Origin: Clostridia bacterium
GTDB taxonomy: Bacteria > Bacillota > Clostridia > Christensenellales > CAG-138
Direction: 5' to 3'
Length of the DNA: 64,000 nt
NCBI GenBank assembly: GCA_036677445.1
Contig: JAVBWI010000027.1
Location: 115,376 to 179,375 of the forward strand
Shown here: positions 18,545 through 31,722 of the stretch, one piece after another
How positions within the stretch are numbered: the first letter of the stretch is position 1
How the letters are laid out: each line of letters opens with the position of its first letter
Notes under the pieces: generated by a model
The model's input: the letters and a program-made list of their open reading frames with translations, nothing else
Told to the model about the DNA's origin: nothing
The model's database searches: none
Made by a program: the position numbers and the translations under genes

Positions 18545-21046
18545 TCATTCTTCCCCGTCGAACAGCTTTCCTTCCATCTGCGTGATGTCAAGCTCCGCTT
18601 CGGCAAACCCGTTTTCACCGTTTTCCGCCTTGGGCGCGATGGCGATGCTGACCACACGGGTGCCTTCATCCGCGCGCATGAGGCGCACGCCCTGCGTGTC
18701 CCGGCCGGCCGTCACGCTGATCTGCTCCATCGGCATGCGGATGACCATGCCGTCGTCGCGGATGAGCAGCAGGTCTTCCTCGCCCGTGACCATGGCAAGC
18801 CCGCACAGGTCGCCGGTCTTTTCCGTGATCTGCATGGCGATGATGCCCTTGCCGCCGCGCTTCTGGCCGCGGTAGGCGTCCTCCGGCGTGCGTTTGCCCA
18901 TGCCGTTTTCGGTCACGGTCAATACGTCCGCGCCGGGCAGCACGCGCACCATATCCACAACGAAGTCGTCCTCATCCAGGTGGATGGATTTTACGCCTGT
19001 GGCGGCGCGGCCCATGGCGCGCACGTCGTTTTCATCAAAGCGGATGCACTTGCCCTTGCTGGTCGCGAGCATGAATTCGTCCTTGCCTCCCGAAAGCTCC
19101 ACGGCGATCAGCTCATCCCCCTCGCGCAGGTTCTGCGCGTTGAGGCCGCCGCGGCGGATGTTTTCAAAATCCGAAAGCGGTGTTTTCTTAATGACGCCCT
19201 GCCTGGTCGCCATGACAAGGTACTCGCCCTCGTCGTCTTTTGTGACGGGGAACATCGCCGTAATGCGCTCGCCGCCCTGCAATTGCAGGAGGTTAACGAT
19301 GGCCGTGCCCTTGGCGGCGCGCCCCGCCTCGGGGATGACATAGCACTTGATTTTGAACGCGCGGCCATAGTTCGTAAAGAACAGGATATGCGCGTGGGTG
19401 GAGCTGACGAACAGGTGCTCCACAAAATCCTCCTCGCGCGTGCCCTGCCCCATCACGCCGCGGCCGCCTCTGTTTTGCGCGCGGTAGGTATCCGAGGCAA
19501 GGCGCTTGATGTAGCCAAAGCGCGTGAGCGTGACGCACATTTCCTCTTCCTGTATGATGTCGTCCATATCGATATCCTCGATGATATCCGTGATATCCGT
19601 GCGGCGCGCGTCGCCGAATTTGCGTTTTATCTCGAGCGCCTCGTCCCGGATAATGGAAAGCAGCAGCTTCTCGTCGGCAAGTATGCTCTGCAGGTAGGCG
19701 ACCGTTTTCCTAAGTTCCTCGAACTCGTTCAATATCTTTTCGCGCTCCAGCCCTGTCAGCCGCTGCAGACGCATATCCAGTATGGCCTGCGCCTGTTTTT
19801 CGCTGAACGCAAACCGCTCCATCAGGCGCGCCTTGGCCTCGGGGGCGTTGGGCGACTTTTTGATGATATCTACGACCTCGTCGATATGATCCAGCGCTTT
19901 GATGAGGCCTTCCAACAGATGCATCCGTTCCTGCGCGCGCTCCAGGTCGTACTGCGTGCGGCGGGTCACGACCTGCTTCTGGTGTGCGAGGTAATGCACC
20001 AATATTTCGCGCAGGGTGAGCACTTTGGGCTCGCCGTCCACCAAGGCGATCATAATGACGCCGAAGGTATCCTGCATGGCGGTGTGCTTGTAAAGCTGGT
20101 TCAATACCACGTTGGCGTTGACGTCCTTCTTGAGGTCAATGACGATGCGCATGCCGGTGCGGTCGGTCTCGTCCCTAAGGTCCGCAATGCCTTCGATCTT
20201 TTTATCGTGCACCAGCTCCGCGATACGCTCGACCAGCCGTGCCTTGTTGACCTGGTACGGTATCTCCGTGACGACGATACGGCTTTTGCCCTGCGGCAGC
20301 TGCTCGATCTCCGCCTTGGCGCGCACGACAATGCGCCCGCGGCCGGTATGGTAGGCGGAAGCGATGCCGGCGCGGCCCATGATGACGCCGCCGGTGGGAA
20401 AATCCGGCCCCGGCAAATACTCCATCAGGTCATCCACCGTCGCGTCGGGGTTATCGATCAATGCGCAGAGCGCGTCAATGGTTTCGTTCAGGTTGTGCGG
20501 GGGGATGTTGGTCGCCATGCCCACCGCGATGCCGCCCGAGCCGTTGACCAGCAGGTTCGGAAAGCGCGCGGGCAGCACGGTGGGCTGCAGCAGCGTTTCA
20601 TCGAAGTTGGGCATGAAATCCACGGTGTTCTTATCGATATCCGCCATCATTTCGGTGGCGAGCTTTGAAAAGCGCGCCTCGGTGTAACGCATGGCGGCGG
20701 CGGAGTCGCCGTCGACGGAACCGAAGTTGCCGTGCCCTTCCACCAGCGGATAGCGGGTATTGAAATCCTGCGCCAGCCTGACCATGGCGTCGTATACGGA
20801 GCCGTCGCCGTGGGGGTGGTATTTGCCCAAGACGTCGCCCACGATACGGGCGGATTTACGGAAGGGCTTGTCCGGCTGCAGGCCCAGCTCATCCATGGAA
20901 TAGAGTATGCGGCGGTGCACCGGCTTCAGGCCGTCGCGCACATCCGGCAGGGCGCGGTTGATGATGACGGCCATTGCATAGGAAATGAAGGAGTGCTTCA
21001 TTTCCCGTTCGATGGGCAGCGGCTGGATGCGGAGGATATCGCTCAT
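18545..21046 (-). CDS. gyrA: DNA gyrase subunit A
   Basis: [31 protein letters not shown], GyrA-box QNRGGRG, C-terminal beta-pinwheel repeats. Confidence 0.97.
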   Translation of the reverse strand: MSDILRIQPLPIEREMKHSFISYAMAVIINRALPDVRDGLKPVHRRILYSMDELGLQPDKPFRKSARIVGDVLGKYHPHGDGSVYDAMVRLAQDFNTRYPLVEGHGNFGSVDGDSAAAMRYTEARFSKLATEMMADIDKNTVDFMPNFDETLLQPTVLPARFPNLLVNGSGGIAVGMATNIPPHNLNETIDALCALIDNPDATVDDLMEYLPGPDFPTGGVIMGRAGIASAYHTGRGRIVVRAKAEIEQLPQGKSRIVVTEIPYQVNKARLVERIAELVHDKKIEGIADLRDETDRTGMRIVIDLKKDVNANVVLNQLYKHTAMQDTFGVIMIALVDGEPKVLTLREILVHYLAHQKQVVTRRTQYDLERAQERMHLLEGLIKALDHIDEVVDIIKKSPNAPEAKARLMERFAFSEKQAQAILDMRLQRLTGLEREKILNEFEELRKTVAYLQSILADEKLLLSIIRDEALEIKRKFGDARRTDITDIIEDIDMDDIIQEEEMCVTLTRFGYIKRLASDTYRAQNRGGRGVMGQGTREEDFVEHLFVSSTHAHILFFTNYGRAFKIKCYVIPEAGRAAKGTAIVNLLQLQGGERITAMFPVTKDDEGEYLVMATRQGVIKKTPLSDFENIRRGGLNAQNLREGDELIAVELSGGKDEFMLATSKGKCIRFDENDVRAMGRAATGVKSIHLDEDDFVVDMVRVLPGADVLTVTENGMGKRTPEDAYRGQKRGGKGIIAMQITEKTGDLCGLAMVTGEEDLLLIRDDGMVIRMPMEQISVTAGRDTQGVRLMRADEGTRVVSIAIAPKAENGENGFAEAELDITQMEGKLFDGEE

Positions 21047-21076
21047 AAGTCTCTTTCGTACCTTTCTGCTGTTTTA

Positions 21077-21197
21077 AGGGTACGTCGGGGGCTTTGCCCC
21101 CAAACCCCTACCAAAGGGACGTAACGTCCCTTTGGAATCCCCATATAGGGCGCCGGTTTTCTTTTGTTCCTTTTCTTTAGCAAAAGAAAAGGAACGT
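21077..21197. repeat. REP-like palindromic repeat between gyrB and gyrA
   Basis: GGGGGC..GCCCCC, then CCAAAGGGAC..GTCCCTTTGGAATCCC; near copy at ~29930-29982. Confidence 0.65.
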
Positions 21198-21204
21198 ACT
21201 CTTT

Positions 21205-23235
<2,031 letters not shown>

Positions 23236-23270
23236 TCACGGCTGCACGCGCCGTATGCATTGCCGCGGGT

Positions 23271-23534
23271 TTACAGTTCGTTGATGCCGTCCATCGCGAA
23301 CCGTTTTTGCAGCGTGGCGGCGCTGATGGCGGAGGCAACCACGCGGGTTTCCTCCCCTTCCTTCACGAGCAGGTAGGCGCGTTCCCCTTCCGGGCAGGGG
23401 GTAAAGCGCCCGGCCTGTTTTGCGCGGCGGATGAACGCAGCGGTCTCCGGCGCGCAAAGCGCGCTTTTGGGGGAGAGGATTGCGATAATATCCCGCGAGG
23501 GGACGCAAACATCCCATCCGATGTGTACGATCAT
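23271..23534 (-). CDS. remB: DUF370 / RemB-like protein
   Basis: MIVHIG.D..V..RDIIAIL...SAISAATLQKR; canonical position between recF and gyrB. Confidence 0.8.
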   Translation of the reverse strand: MIVHIGWDVCVPSRDIIAILSPKSALCAPETAAFIRRAKQAGRFTPCPEGERAYLLVKEGEETRVVASAISAATLQKRFAMDGINEL

Positions 23535-23571
23535 ACAGGGTCCTCCGTTGTTTTTTCTGCCGCCCTATCGT

Positions 23572-24687
23572 CTATTGGCAAGTATCCCCAATTTCCGAAA
23601 GTACAACAGCGCCGTCCCCCACGCGATACACCGTCATATCCGAAATGCCCGCGGCGGAAAGCCCCGCAAGCTGCGTGCAGGTCAGAAACGTCTGGCAGCC
23701 CTGCATGGCGGAAGCAAGCAGGCGCTGGCGCGCGCAATCCAGCTCCGAAAGCACATCGTCCAGAAGCAATACGGGCGGCTCCTGCTTAACATCGCGCACC
23801 AGCGCAAGCTCGGAAAGCTTGAGCGAAAGCGCCGCGGTGCGCTGCTGCCCCTGCGAGCCGTAGGCGCGCACATCCACGCCGTCCAATTCCAGAAAAATAT
23901 CGTCCCTGTGCGGGCCGACGGATGTGCTGCCGCGCTGCGCGTCGCGCTCCGCCATACCCGAAAGCGCTTGGAGCATAGCAGCCGTGAGCGCCGCGGTATC
24001 GTCCGGCTCCAGCGCGGGCTGGTAGAGTACGCGGAGCGTTTCGCGCCCGCCGGAAAGCGTGCGGTGCAGTTCCGCCGCCATGACGGAAAGTTTTTCCATA
24101 AACGCCGCCCGCGCACAGATGAGCTCGGCGCCAAGCGCCGCCAACTGTTCATCCCACGGGGCGAGCAGCGCCTTTGTTACGTGCGGTTCCCGCAGCAGCG
24201 CATTGCGCTGCTTGAGGGCCAGATTGTACTGCTGCAGGCGGTAATAGTACGCGGGCTGCAGCTGTGAAAGCTCCATATCCAGAAACCTGCGCCGCTCGGA
24301 CGGACCCTGCTTGATAAGGCGCAGATCCTCCGGCGAAAACATCACCACATGCAGGCAGCCCATCAATTCCCCCGAGCGGGAAAGCGGCATGTTGTCTATA
24401 CGCAGTTCCCGCCGCTGTTCGCGCGAAAGGCGGCACTCGATGCTATGGGAGCCGGTGCGCTTTTGAAGCCCCAGCCCGACAAACGCCCCCGGCTGCCCCT
24501 GACGGATCAGCTCCGCGTCGTGCCGCGTGCGGTGGCTGCGGCCCAGCGCGCAAAGAAAGAGCGATTCGAGCACATTGGTTTTGCCCGCCGCGTTTTCCCC
24601 CACAAGCACGCAAAGCCCGGGCGCGGGCTTCAGTGCGAGGCTCGCATAGCTGCGAAAGTCGTGTAGGCGGATGCTCTCTACCTGCAT
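23572..24687 (-). CDS. recF: DNA replication/repair protein RecF
   Basis: FRSY, Walker A GENAAGKTN, GPSERRRFLD, GPHRDD, SQGQQR, LLDDVLSELD. Confidence 0.96.
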   Translation of the reverse strand: MQVESIRLHDFRSYASLALKPAPGLCVLVGENAAGKTNVLESLFLCALGRSHRTRHDAELIRQGQPGAFVGLGLQKRTGSHSIECRLSREQRRELRIDNMPLSRSGELMGCLHVVMFSPEDLRLIKQGPSERRRFLDMELSQLQPAYYYRLQQYNLALKQRNALLREPHVTKALLAPWDEQLAALGAELICARAAFMEKLSVMAAELHRTLSGGRETLRVLYQPALEPDDTAALTAAMLQALSGMAERDAQRGSTSVGPHRDDIFLELDGVDVRAYGSQGQQRTAALSLKLSELALVRDVKQEPPVLLLDDVLSELDCARQRLLASAMQGCQTFLTCTQLAGLSAAGISDMTVYRVGDGAVVLSEIGDTCQ

Positions 24688-24862
24688 GGGGGATTCCTTT
24701 CCGTCTGCACCCAAGGCGGATTTTTTGCATGCGGTGTCTCTTTGCGCAAAGTTTGTGCAAAAATTGTAAAACAAAGCGCCGTACACAAAAAAAGCCCGTC
24801 GGGTCTATGGAATAAGTATACCATATCGGACGGGTTTTGTATATATATTTAAGAAGAAAACC

Positions 24863-25585
24863 TTACAGCAGCAATGCCGGCGCGTATTTTTTGATGTAGC
24901 CCAGCGTGGTCTGTGCGAGCCGTTCATGGCCGCGCGCGTTGGGGTGCAGGCCGTCGTCGCTGACGCAGACGCGGTAGTCTTCATCTTCAAGCATGGAAGC
25001 GCGCAGCAGTATGAGCGGCGTTTTGGTGGTTTGCGCCACGCGCTCCACTACGGCATTATACCGTTCATGCCACCAGTAGATACGGCCCACGCTGCCCAGG
25101 AACTGCAGTATGCGGTTTGCACGCTCGGGCTCGCCGCGGGTAAAAAAGCGGAAGTAGCGGTCTGCGTCGATAGGCGGCAAATCGCACAGTATGGGCTGGC
25201 TGCCCGCCTCCTGCACGGTGGTCACGATTTCGAGCAGATTTTTCTCGTATTCCGGCAGCGGCGTGTTGGGCTGGTGGGGCGAGAGCGGGTCGCGCGCGAC
25301 GGCATCCCAATCGAAATCGCAGTCGTTGCCGCCCACCTCCAGCAGCACAAGCGAGGGCTTTTCGCCCTGCGTAAGCTTTGCGCGCAGGGAACTGACCAAC
25401 TCGCCGCTTTTGCAGCCAAAGTGAGAAATGTTTTCCACCGCAGGCTTGAGAAACTGCGCCACCTGCGTGCAGAAGCCTTCACGCAGCAGCACGTGCCTGC
25501 CGCGCGCGGCATCGTAGCTCACGCCCTTGGATATGGAATCCCCGGCCACCAATATGGGCCCGCAGTTTTTGATTTCCTTGAGCAT
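24863..25585 (-). CDS. SGNH/GDSL hydrolase
   Basis: GDSIS block I, GGNDC block III, DGLHPN block V. Confidence 0.9.
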   Translation of the reverse strand: MLKEIKNCGPILVAGDSISKGVSYDAARGRHVLLREGFCTQVAQFLKPAVENISHFGCKSGELVSSLRAKLTQGEKPSLVLLEVGGNDCDFDWDAVARDPLSPHQPNTPLPEYEKNLLEIVTTVQEAGSQPILCDLPPIDADRYFRFFTRGEPERANRILQFLGSVGRIYWWHERYNAVVERVAQTTKTPLILLRASMLEDEDYRVCVSDDGLHPNARGHERLAQTTLGYIKKYAPALLL

Positions 25586-25587
25586 AC

Positions 25588-26151
25588 TTATTCCTCCGTC
25601 AGCAGGCGGTGCAGCACGCTCGCGTCGAGCTGCTCCGTCAGCAGCATGTGCAGCGCACACCCGTCGAGCAGCGCAAGGTACGCGCGGCTGTAGGCGCGAA
25701 AGCGCTGCGCGCCGGGGCCCGTCATACGCAGCGAGCCCACTTCCAGCATCACGGCCCATTCCCGCTGCTTGGCGACGACGCGTTTTCTGAGCGCGCCATC
25801 CTCGCGCAGCGCCTCGCTCATGAGCGCGAAGTGCAGGCGCATGGCGTCCCGGTCAGAGAGCAGCGAATCCGTGAGCAGGGAAAGCGCGTCCATCGCCGGG
25901 CGGTTATCGGTAAGCGCATCGATCCAGGCGAATATGATCTCGGTCATACGCCCGAGGTGTTCTTCCGCTATATCCAGAACCAAATATTCTTTGGAAGGGT
26001 AGTGGTAATACAAAGTCCCCTTTGAAAGCTTTACCGCCTTTGCAATATCGGCCAAACTTGTGGCATGCACGCCGCCCGTCATAAAAAGCGCCGAAGCCGT
26101 CTGGCGAATCCCTTCGCGCGTGCTTTCCGCTTCCATGTTCTTCTTTGCCAT
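25588..26151 (-). CDS. TetR/AcrR-family transcriptional regulator
   Basis: HTH TSLADIAKAVKLSKGTLYYHYPSKE. Confidence 0.93.
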   Translation of the reverse strand: MAKKNMEAESTREGIRQTASALFMTGGVHATSLADIAKAVKLSKGTLYYHYPSKEYLVLDIAEEHLGRMTEIIFAWIDALTDNRPAMDALSLLTDSLLSDRDAMRLHFALMSEALREDGALRKRVVAKQREWAVMLEVGSLRMTGPGAQRFRAYSRAYLALLDGCALHMLLTEQLDASVLHRLLTEE

Positions 26152-26170
26152 ATCCGCTCTCCCCTTTCAG

Positions 26171-26240
26171 TCGGTCGGCCGACCGATTATGCGTTTAGTG
26201 TAACGCATGGATTGCACGTTGTCAAGCCCTGGGTTATAAT
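26171..26240. promoter_or_regulatory. Overlapping divergent sigmaA promoters plus a TetR-type operator
   Basis: Minus strand TTGACA (26225-26220), 17 nt, TACACT (26202-26197). Plus strand TTGCAC (26212), 17 nt, TATAAT (26235). Perfect 16-bp palindrome TCGGTCGGCCGACCGA at 26171-26186. Confidence 0.75.
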
Positions 26241-26342
26241 ATTAGCATTGACGCGGACAATAACAAATATTGCATTGCAGGTTCGATTGCTATGAGCCTG
26301 TTTAAAAAAAATAACAGACAGTAGAAATGAGGTATTGCTCAC

Positions 26343-27557
26343 GTGAACTATCCCGAAGCGCCTGTCAAGATATTCGAAGGCATCCATTGGGTCGGTGCGC
26401 TCAACCCGGAATTGAAGCGATTCGACGTCATCATGGAAACCAAATACGGCACCAGCTATAATGCCTATCTGGTGCGGGGCACGGAAAAAACCGTGCTGAT
26501 CGATACCGTGAAGGATGGGTTCCTTGCGCAAAGCATGGGGCTGATCCGCCAGCTTATCGACCCGGCGGATATTGACTATATCCTGCTGCAGCACACCGAG
26601 CCCGACCATTCCGGCTCCATCGCGCAGATGATGGAGCTGGCGCCCAAAGCACGCATACTGTGCTCCAAGGCGGCGTCGCTGTATTTGCCGCACATCGCCA
26701 ACCACGAGCTGCCCATAGACGTGGTGAAGGACGGCGACGTACTGCAACTGGGCGGACGCACGCTGCGCATCATTTCCGCGCCGTTTTTGCACTGGCCGGA
26801 TACCATGTTTACGTACGACGACGCATCCGGCGCGCTCTTTACCTGCGACGCGTTCGGCTGCCACTTTGCGCCTGAGCGTATATTGGAAAGCCTGACGGAT
26901 GAGCGCTTCAAGCAGGCGCGCCGGTATTATTACGACTGCATCGTGAGCCCCTTCGCGCCGCATGTGACGCGCGCCATCGCGCATGTGGAGGAACTGAAGC
27001 TTCCTAAGATTTCCGCCATACTCCCCTCGCACGGACCGGTGCTGGACCGTGACCCGATGGGCGCCATTGCGCTCTACGCCGAGTGGGCGAAAGAACGTGC
27101 GCCGTTAAAGGGCGACCGCGTATTTATTGGATATGTCACCTGCTACGGCTATACCCGCGCCATGGCGGACAAGCTGGCCGGATGCCTGCGGGAGCGGGGC
27201 GTGCAGGTAGATATGAGCGACCTTGCGGATATTTCACCCGAAGAGGCCGCGGACCGTATCCATCAGGCGGACGTGCTGGCGATCGGAACCCCTACCGTCA
27301 ATGCGGACAGCCTGCCCCCCATCTGGGCGGCGCTTTCGCACGTATCGGTGCCCGTTGTGCGTTCCCGAACGGCAGTCGTATTCGGTTCCTTCGGGTGGAG
27401 CGGCGAAGCCGTACCCATGGCGGAGCAAAGGCTGATAGGTTTGGGGTACAAGGTGATCGGCACGGTGAAATCTCGGTTTAAGCCGGATGCCGCCGTACTC
27501 GACGATATGTCCGTGCTGGCGGATAAAATTACCGCCGTGATGAAATTGGATAAATAA
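26343..27557 (+). CDS. fprA: Flavodiiron protein (FprA, A-type flavoprotein)
   Basis: GTSYNAYL, HTEPDHSG, LHWPD, CDAFGCH, PSHGP, flavodoxin domain with FGSFGWSGEA. Confidence 0.93.
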   Translation: MNYPEAPVKIFEGIHWVGALNPELKRFDVIMETKYGTSYNAYLVRGTEKTVLIDTVKDGFLAQSMGLIRQLIDPADIDYILLQHTEPDHSGSIAQMMELAPKARILCSKAASLYLPHIANHELPIDVVKDGDVLQLGGRTLRIISAPFLHWPDTMFTYDDASGALFTCDAFGCHFAPERILESLTDERFKQARRYYYDCIVSPFAPHVTRAIAHVEELKLPKISAILPSHGPVLDRDPMGAIALYAEWAKERAPLKGDRVFIGYVTCYGYTRAMADKLAGCLRERGVQVDMSDLADISPEEAADRIHQADVLAIGTPTVNADSLPPIWAALSHVSVPVVRSRTAVVFGSFGWSGEAVPMAEQRLIGLGYKVIGTVKSRFKPDAAVLDDMSVLADKITAVMKLDK

Positions 27558-27587
27558 GCCTGAACAATCGAATTGAGCAAAATATAC

Positions 27588-27714
27588 ACCGCGCGCGCCA
27601 AAGGGGTTTTGGCGCGCGCGGCTTTGTATTCCCACTTCATTTGCAAGTGGTAATTGCCTATTAGGCAATTACATCAAATCCTTATTGATGTACCCGAATG
27701 TACCATTCGGGTGC
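27588..27714. terminator. Terminator plus a multi-hairpin cluster between convergent fprA and spoIIR
   Basis: Stem CCGCGCGCGCCAAA/TTTGGCGCGCGCGG followed by GTAATTGCCT/AGGCAATTAC, CATCAA/TTGATG and CCCGAATG/CATTCGGG. Confidence 0.6.
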
Positions 27715-27723
27715 AGAAAGTGG

Positions 27724-28326
27724 CTAAGTTTTGTTTTCCGACGACTTCCATTCTTCGATCAGCTTGAGGATATCGCTTTCAAATACCAGCTCGTCGCTGC
27801 CGGGGATATCCGTAACGCCGATATCCACGAGGCATAGCGGCGGGAACAGTACGCACCACCAGTTTTGCCCCCGCGCTTGCCCCAGTTCCACCCGCAGGGC
27901 TTCATACGCGCCCGCGGGATAGGTAACTTCCCCATAGGCTTTATCCGGGAACTGCATTACGCCAAAGCGCAGCTGCGCGTCATAGGCGCAGCCCTCTTCA
28001 CGCAATACCTCCTTCACCGTTTCAAGCACGCCGCCGCCGGAATTAAGCAATACTTCTTCCGCCTCGTCCAGGCTGCCCGCGGGCGCGAATTCCTGAAGCA
28101 GCGCGTCGCGCACAAGCAGCTTTACACGCTGGTCTTCCTCTGAATCGCTGTTGGCCACCACATGCAGCCGCAGCACCCCCGGCGCGCCGCCTTCAAGCAG
28201 CGCCGAGGCATGCGCGCTTGCCGCCTGCGCCTGCGCACTCAGCAGTTTGGGGCTTGCGGCTTCCCAGAAGAAAACCGTGAACAGAAGCACCGATACCAAT
28301 ATTCCAAGCCGGCGTATGAAACGCAT
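27724..28326 (-). CDS. spoIIR: Stage II sporulation protein R
   Basis: LRLHVVANSDSEEDQRVKLLVRD, FP.K.YG...YPAG.YEALRV.LG.A.GQNWWCVLFPPLC; N-terminal signal/TM segment. Confidence 0.95.
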   Translation of the reverse strand: MRFIRRLGILVSVLLFTVFFWEAASPKLLSAQAQAASAHASALLEGGAPGVLRLHVVANSDSEEDQRVKLLVRDALLQEFAPAGSLDEAEEVLLNSGGGVLETVKEVLREEGCAYDAQLRFGVMQFPDKAYGEVTYPAGAYEALRVELGQARGQNWWCVLFPPLCLVDIGVTDIPGSDELVFESDILKLIEEWKSSENKT

Positions 28327-28354
28327 ATGATCCCTCCTGTGCGTGGATTGCTTA

Positions 28355-28384
28355 GAGTATGCACAGGTGAAACGATATTTAGAC
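28355..28384 (-). promoter_or_regulatory. sigmaF-like promoter of spoIIR
   Basis: GTCTA, 15 nt, GTGCATACTC; spoIIR is sigmaF-dependent in Bacillus and Clostridium. Confidence 0.5.
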
Positions 28385-28448
28385 ATGTTACACACAAAAA
28401 ACAGGGCCCGCTCTATGGCAGGCCCCGATTGATGCATCATATATTACA

Positions 28449-29894
28449 TTAGTCTAATTTTTTTCGTCCTATCACAAGCCGCCGAAGCGATTCTTCGCGC
28501 CCGAGCAGCAATCCGATTTCGATGGCGCCGCCGGGGGTCACGAGCCTGCCCGCGAGCGAAATGCGCACGGGCCAAAGCAACGTGCCGTTTTTCATGCCCT
28601 TTTCCTGCGCCATGCCGATGAGCGTATCGTGCAGGGCGGTTTCCGTCCATTCCGGCAGCGCGGCGAGCGCGGGGATGACCAGATCCAGCACCTCGCGGGA
28701 GACTGCGGAATCTGTTTTCGACTTCTTGTTGGTGAACAGCTCCGCGTCGTAGCTTTCATCCAGCGCATACAGAAAATCGATCATATCGGGAATCTGCGTG
28801 AACACCTCCACGCGGGGCTGAAGTATGCGGCAAAGCACATCCGTATCCATATTGCCCACGCCCGCCATGATATAGTAGGACAGCGCATGGGCGGTGAACG
28901 CTTCGGGTGAAAGCGCACGGATATATTCGGCGTTGAGCCACGTCAGCTTGGCCGGGTCGAATATGGCGGGCGATTTGCTCATGCCCGAAACATCGAATGC
29001 TTCCACCAGTTCGTTTAGCGTAAACACTTCGCGGTCGTCGCCCGGGTTCCAGCCCAGGAGCGCAATGTAATTGAGCACGGCTTCCTTAAGGTAACCCTTT
29101 GCGATCAGATCCTGGAAGGAAGCGTCGCCCGTGCGCTTAGAAAGCTTATGCTGCGAATCCTTCATGATGGGCGGCATGTGGATGTAGGCGGGAATCTCCC
29201 ACCCGAACGCCCGGTACAAAAGATCGTACTTTGGCGCGGAGGAAAGGTACTCCATGCCGCGCATGACGTGCGTGATGCCCATCAGGTGGTCGTCCACCAC
29301 GTTTGCGAAGTTGTAGGTCGGCATGCCGTCAGCCTTGATGAGTACGTTGTCGTCCAGCGTGGCGTTTTCCACCGTGATATCGCCAAAGAGCAAATCGGAA
29401 AACGTGGTCGTTCCCGTAAGCGGCACATTCTGGCGCACGACATAGGGCATGCCGGCGTTCAGGCGCGCCCGTACCTCCTCCCCGCTCAAATGCAGGCAGT
29501 GCTTGTCGTACTTGAATGTCTCCCCCCGCGCAGCGGCCGCTTCCCGGCGCTCCTCGAGCTCTTCCTTTGTGCAGAAGCAGCGGTAGGCGTGGCCGGTTTT
29601 GATCAGCTCTTCCGCGTACGGCGCATAGAGCGGCTTGCGCTCGCTCTGCACGTAGGGGCCGAAGCCGCCGCCGATATCCGGGCCTTCGTCCCATTCCATT
29701 CCCACGCTTTTCAATGTTTCGTAAATGATTTCCACGGCGCCTTCGACGTAACGCTCCTGATCGGTATCCTCTATGCGCAGCAAAAACACGCCGTCGTTTT
29801 TGCGCGCAAACAGATATGCGTAGAGCGCCGAGCGCAGGTTGCCTATGTGCATATAGCCCGTGGGGCTGGGGGCGAAGCGGGTTCTGACTGTCAC
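28449..29894 (-). CDS. gltX: Glutamate--tRNA ligase
   Basis: RFAPSPTGYMHIGN, LRIEDTD, KLSKR; GTG start at 29894 with RBS AAAGGAG. Confidence 0.97.
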   Translation of the reverse strand: MTVRTRFAPSPTGYMHIGNLRSALYAYLFARKNDGVFLLRIEDTDQERYVEGAVEIIYETLKSVGMEWDEGPDIGGGFGPYVQSERKPLYAPYAEELIKTGHAYRCFCTKEELEERREAAAARGETFKYDKHCLHLSGEEVRARLNAGMPYVVRQNVPLTGTTTFSDLLFGDITVENATLDDNVLIKADGMPTYNFANVVDDHLMGITHVMRGMEYLSSAPKYDLLYRAFGWEIPAYIHMPPIMKDSQHKLSKRTGDASFQDLIAKGYLKEAVLNYIALLGWNPGDDREVFTLNELVEAFDVSGMSKSPAIFDPAKLTWLNAEYIRALSPEAFTAHALSYYIMAGVGNMDTDVLCRILQPRVEVFTQIPDMIDFLYALDESYDAELFTNKKSKTDSAVSREVLDLVIPALAALPEWTETALHDTLIGMAQEKGMKNGTLLWPVRISLAGRLVTPGGAIEIGLLLGREESLRRLVIGRKKLD

Positions 29895-29924
29895 TGTGTA
29901 TGCTCCTTTGGTCGTAATAAAGAA

Positions 29925-30068
29925 ACGTATGGGGGGCCGCCCCCATACCCCGCCAAAGGGGCGTGTCCCTTTGGAATCCCATTCAATAAAACGCATCCTG
30001 CGTTTTATTTATGGGTTCTTAGGGTTGTTACAGCCCTAAGCGGGAGTTTGAGGGCGGGGCCCTCAACG
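29925..30068. repeat. REP-like palindromic repeat between glnS and gltX
   Basis: ATGGGGG..CCCCCAT, CCAAAGGG..CCCTTTGGAATCCC (as at ~21111), CTTAGGG..CCCTAAG, TTGAGGGC..GCCCTCAA. Confidence 0.6.
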
Positions 30069-30081
30069 TATTTTATTTCTA

Positions 30082-31722
30082 TTACCCTTTCCAGCTGTCC
30101 TTCAGGCCGACGATGCGGTTGAACACGGGCGTTTCGGGCGTATGCGCGGTATCCGCGCAGAAGTAACCCATACGCATGAACTGTGATTTATCGCCGGGTT
30201 TTTCGTTGGCCAGGGCCGGTTCCACCATGGCGGCCGTGACCACGCGGCTGTTGGGGTTGAGGTTTTCGATAAAATCGTCCTTGTCCACCACGTCGGCGAG
30301 TATCAGCTCCTCATAGAGCCGTACGGACGCGGGCACCGCGTCCGCGGCGTTCACCCAGTGCAGCGTACCCTTTACCTTGCGTGCGCATTCGCCGCTCTTG
30401 CTTTCGGGGTCGTAGGTGCATTTGATAAGGGTGACGTTACCCGCATCATCCGTTTCATAGCCCGTGCATTTGACGATATATGCGGATTTTAAGCGTACTT
30501 CACCGTCCGGCTGGAGCCTGAAATATTTTTTGGGCGGGTCCACCATGAAATCCTCGCGCTCAATATACAGCTCGCGGCCGAAACGCACTTTGCGCGTGCC
30601 CATTTCCGGCGCGTTGGGGTGGTTTTCCATCTCGATTTCCTCCGTCTTGCCTTCGGGCCAGTTTTCCACCACCAGCTTGACAGGGTCGAGCACGGCCATC
30701 ATGCGCGGCGCGCGGACGTTCAAATCCTCGCGCACGCAATGCTCCAGCATGGCGGTATCCACGACGGAATCCGATTTGGCGACGCCCACGCGGTTCAAAA
30801 AATCGCGTATCGCCTCCGGCGTGTAGCCGCGCCGCCGCAAACCGCACAGCGTGGGCATGCGCGGGTCATCCCAGCCTTCCACGTAGCCGCCCTCCACCAG
30901 CATGCGCAAATAGCGCTTGGACATGATGGTGTTGGTAAGGTTGAGTCGGGCGAACTCGATCTGCCGGGGCTTGGGGTCGAACTCGCACTGCTCCACCACC
31001 CAGTCGTAAAGCGGGCGGTGGATTTCATACTCCAGCGAGCAGAGCGAATGCGTCACGCCCTCGATGGCGTCCTGTATGGGGTGGGCGAAATCGTACATGG
31101 GATAAATGCACCATTTATCGCCGGTGTGGTGGTGCGTGGCGTGTATGATGCGGTACATGGCGGGGTCGCGCAGGTTGATATTGGGCGAGGCCATATCGAT
31201 TTTTGCGCGCAGCGTACGGGAGCCATCCGGAAATTCGCCTTTTTTCATGCGCTCGAACAGATCGAGGTTTTCTTCAACGGAACGGTCGCGGTAAGGGGAA
31301 TTTTTGCCCGGCTCGGTCAGCGTGCCGCGGTATTCGCGCATTTCGTCCTTCGTAAGGTCGCAGACATACGCCGCGCCCTTTTTGATGAGCTTGACGGCGA
31401 GCTCGTAGCAGGTATCGAAATAATCCGAGCCGTAGAACACGCTGCCCCACTGGAAGCCCAGCCAGCGGATATCCTCCTGTATGGCGTCGACGTATTCCTC
31501 ATCCTCTTTGGTGGGGTTGGTGTCGTCGTAGCGGAGGTTACAAATACCGCCGTACTGTTCGGCCATGGAAAAGTCGATAAACAGCGCCTTAGCATGCCCG
31601 ATATGCAAATAACCGTTGGGTTCGGGCGGGAAACGGGTCCGCACATAGGAGACCTTCTGCTGCTGCAGATCCTGCTCGATGGCTTCCTCGATAAAGTTTT
31701 TGGATCTTTGCAGCTCTTCCAT
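30082..31722 (-). CDS. glnS: Glutamine--tRNA ligase
   Basis: [49 protein letters not shown]. Confidence 0.97.
   Translation of the reverse strand: MEELQRSKNFIEEAIEQDLQQQKVSYVRTRFPPEPNGYLHIGHAKALFIDFSMAEQYGGICNLRYDDTNPTKEDEEYVDAIQEDIRWLGFQWGSVFYGSDYFDTCYELAVKLIKKGAAYVCDLTKDEMREYRGTLTEPGKNSPYRDRSVEENLDLFERMKKGEFPDGSRTLRAKIDMASPNINLRDPAMYRIIHATHHHTGDKWCIYPMYDFAHPIQDAIEGVTHSLCSLEYEIHRPLYDWVVEQCEFDPKPRQIEFARLNLTNTIMSKRYLRMLVEGGYVEGWDDPRMPTLCGLRRRGYTPEAIRDFLNRVGVAKSDSVVDTAMLEHCVREDLNVRAPRMMAVLDPVKLVVENWPEGKTEEIEMENHPNAPEMGTRKVRFGRELYIEREDFMVDPPKKYFRLQPDGEVRLKSAYIVKCTGYETDDAGNVTLIKCTYDPESKSGECARKVKGTLHWVNAADAVPASVRLYEELILADVVDKDDFIENLNPNSRVVTAAMVEPALANEKPGDKSQFMRMGYFCADTAHTPETPVFNRIVGLKDSWKG

Noticed and set aside
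24690-24860. oriC upstream of recF
   Set aside because: No TTATCCACA cluster and no dnaA or dnaN nearby.
28449-31722. Presence of glnS beside gltX as an unusual feature
   Set aside because: GlnRS is common in Clostridia; this is ordinary housekeeping.
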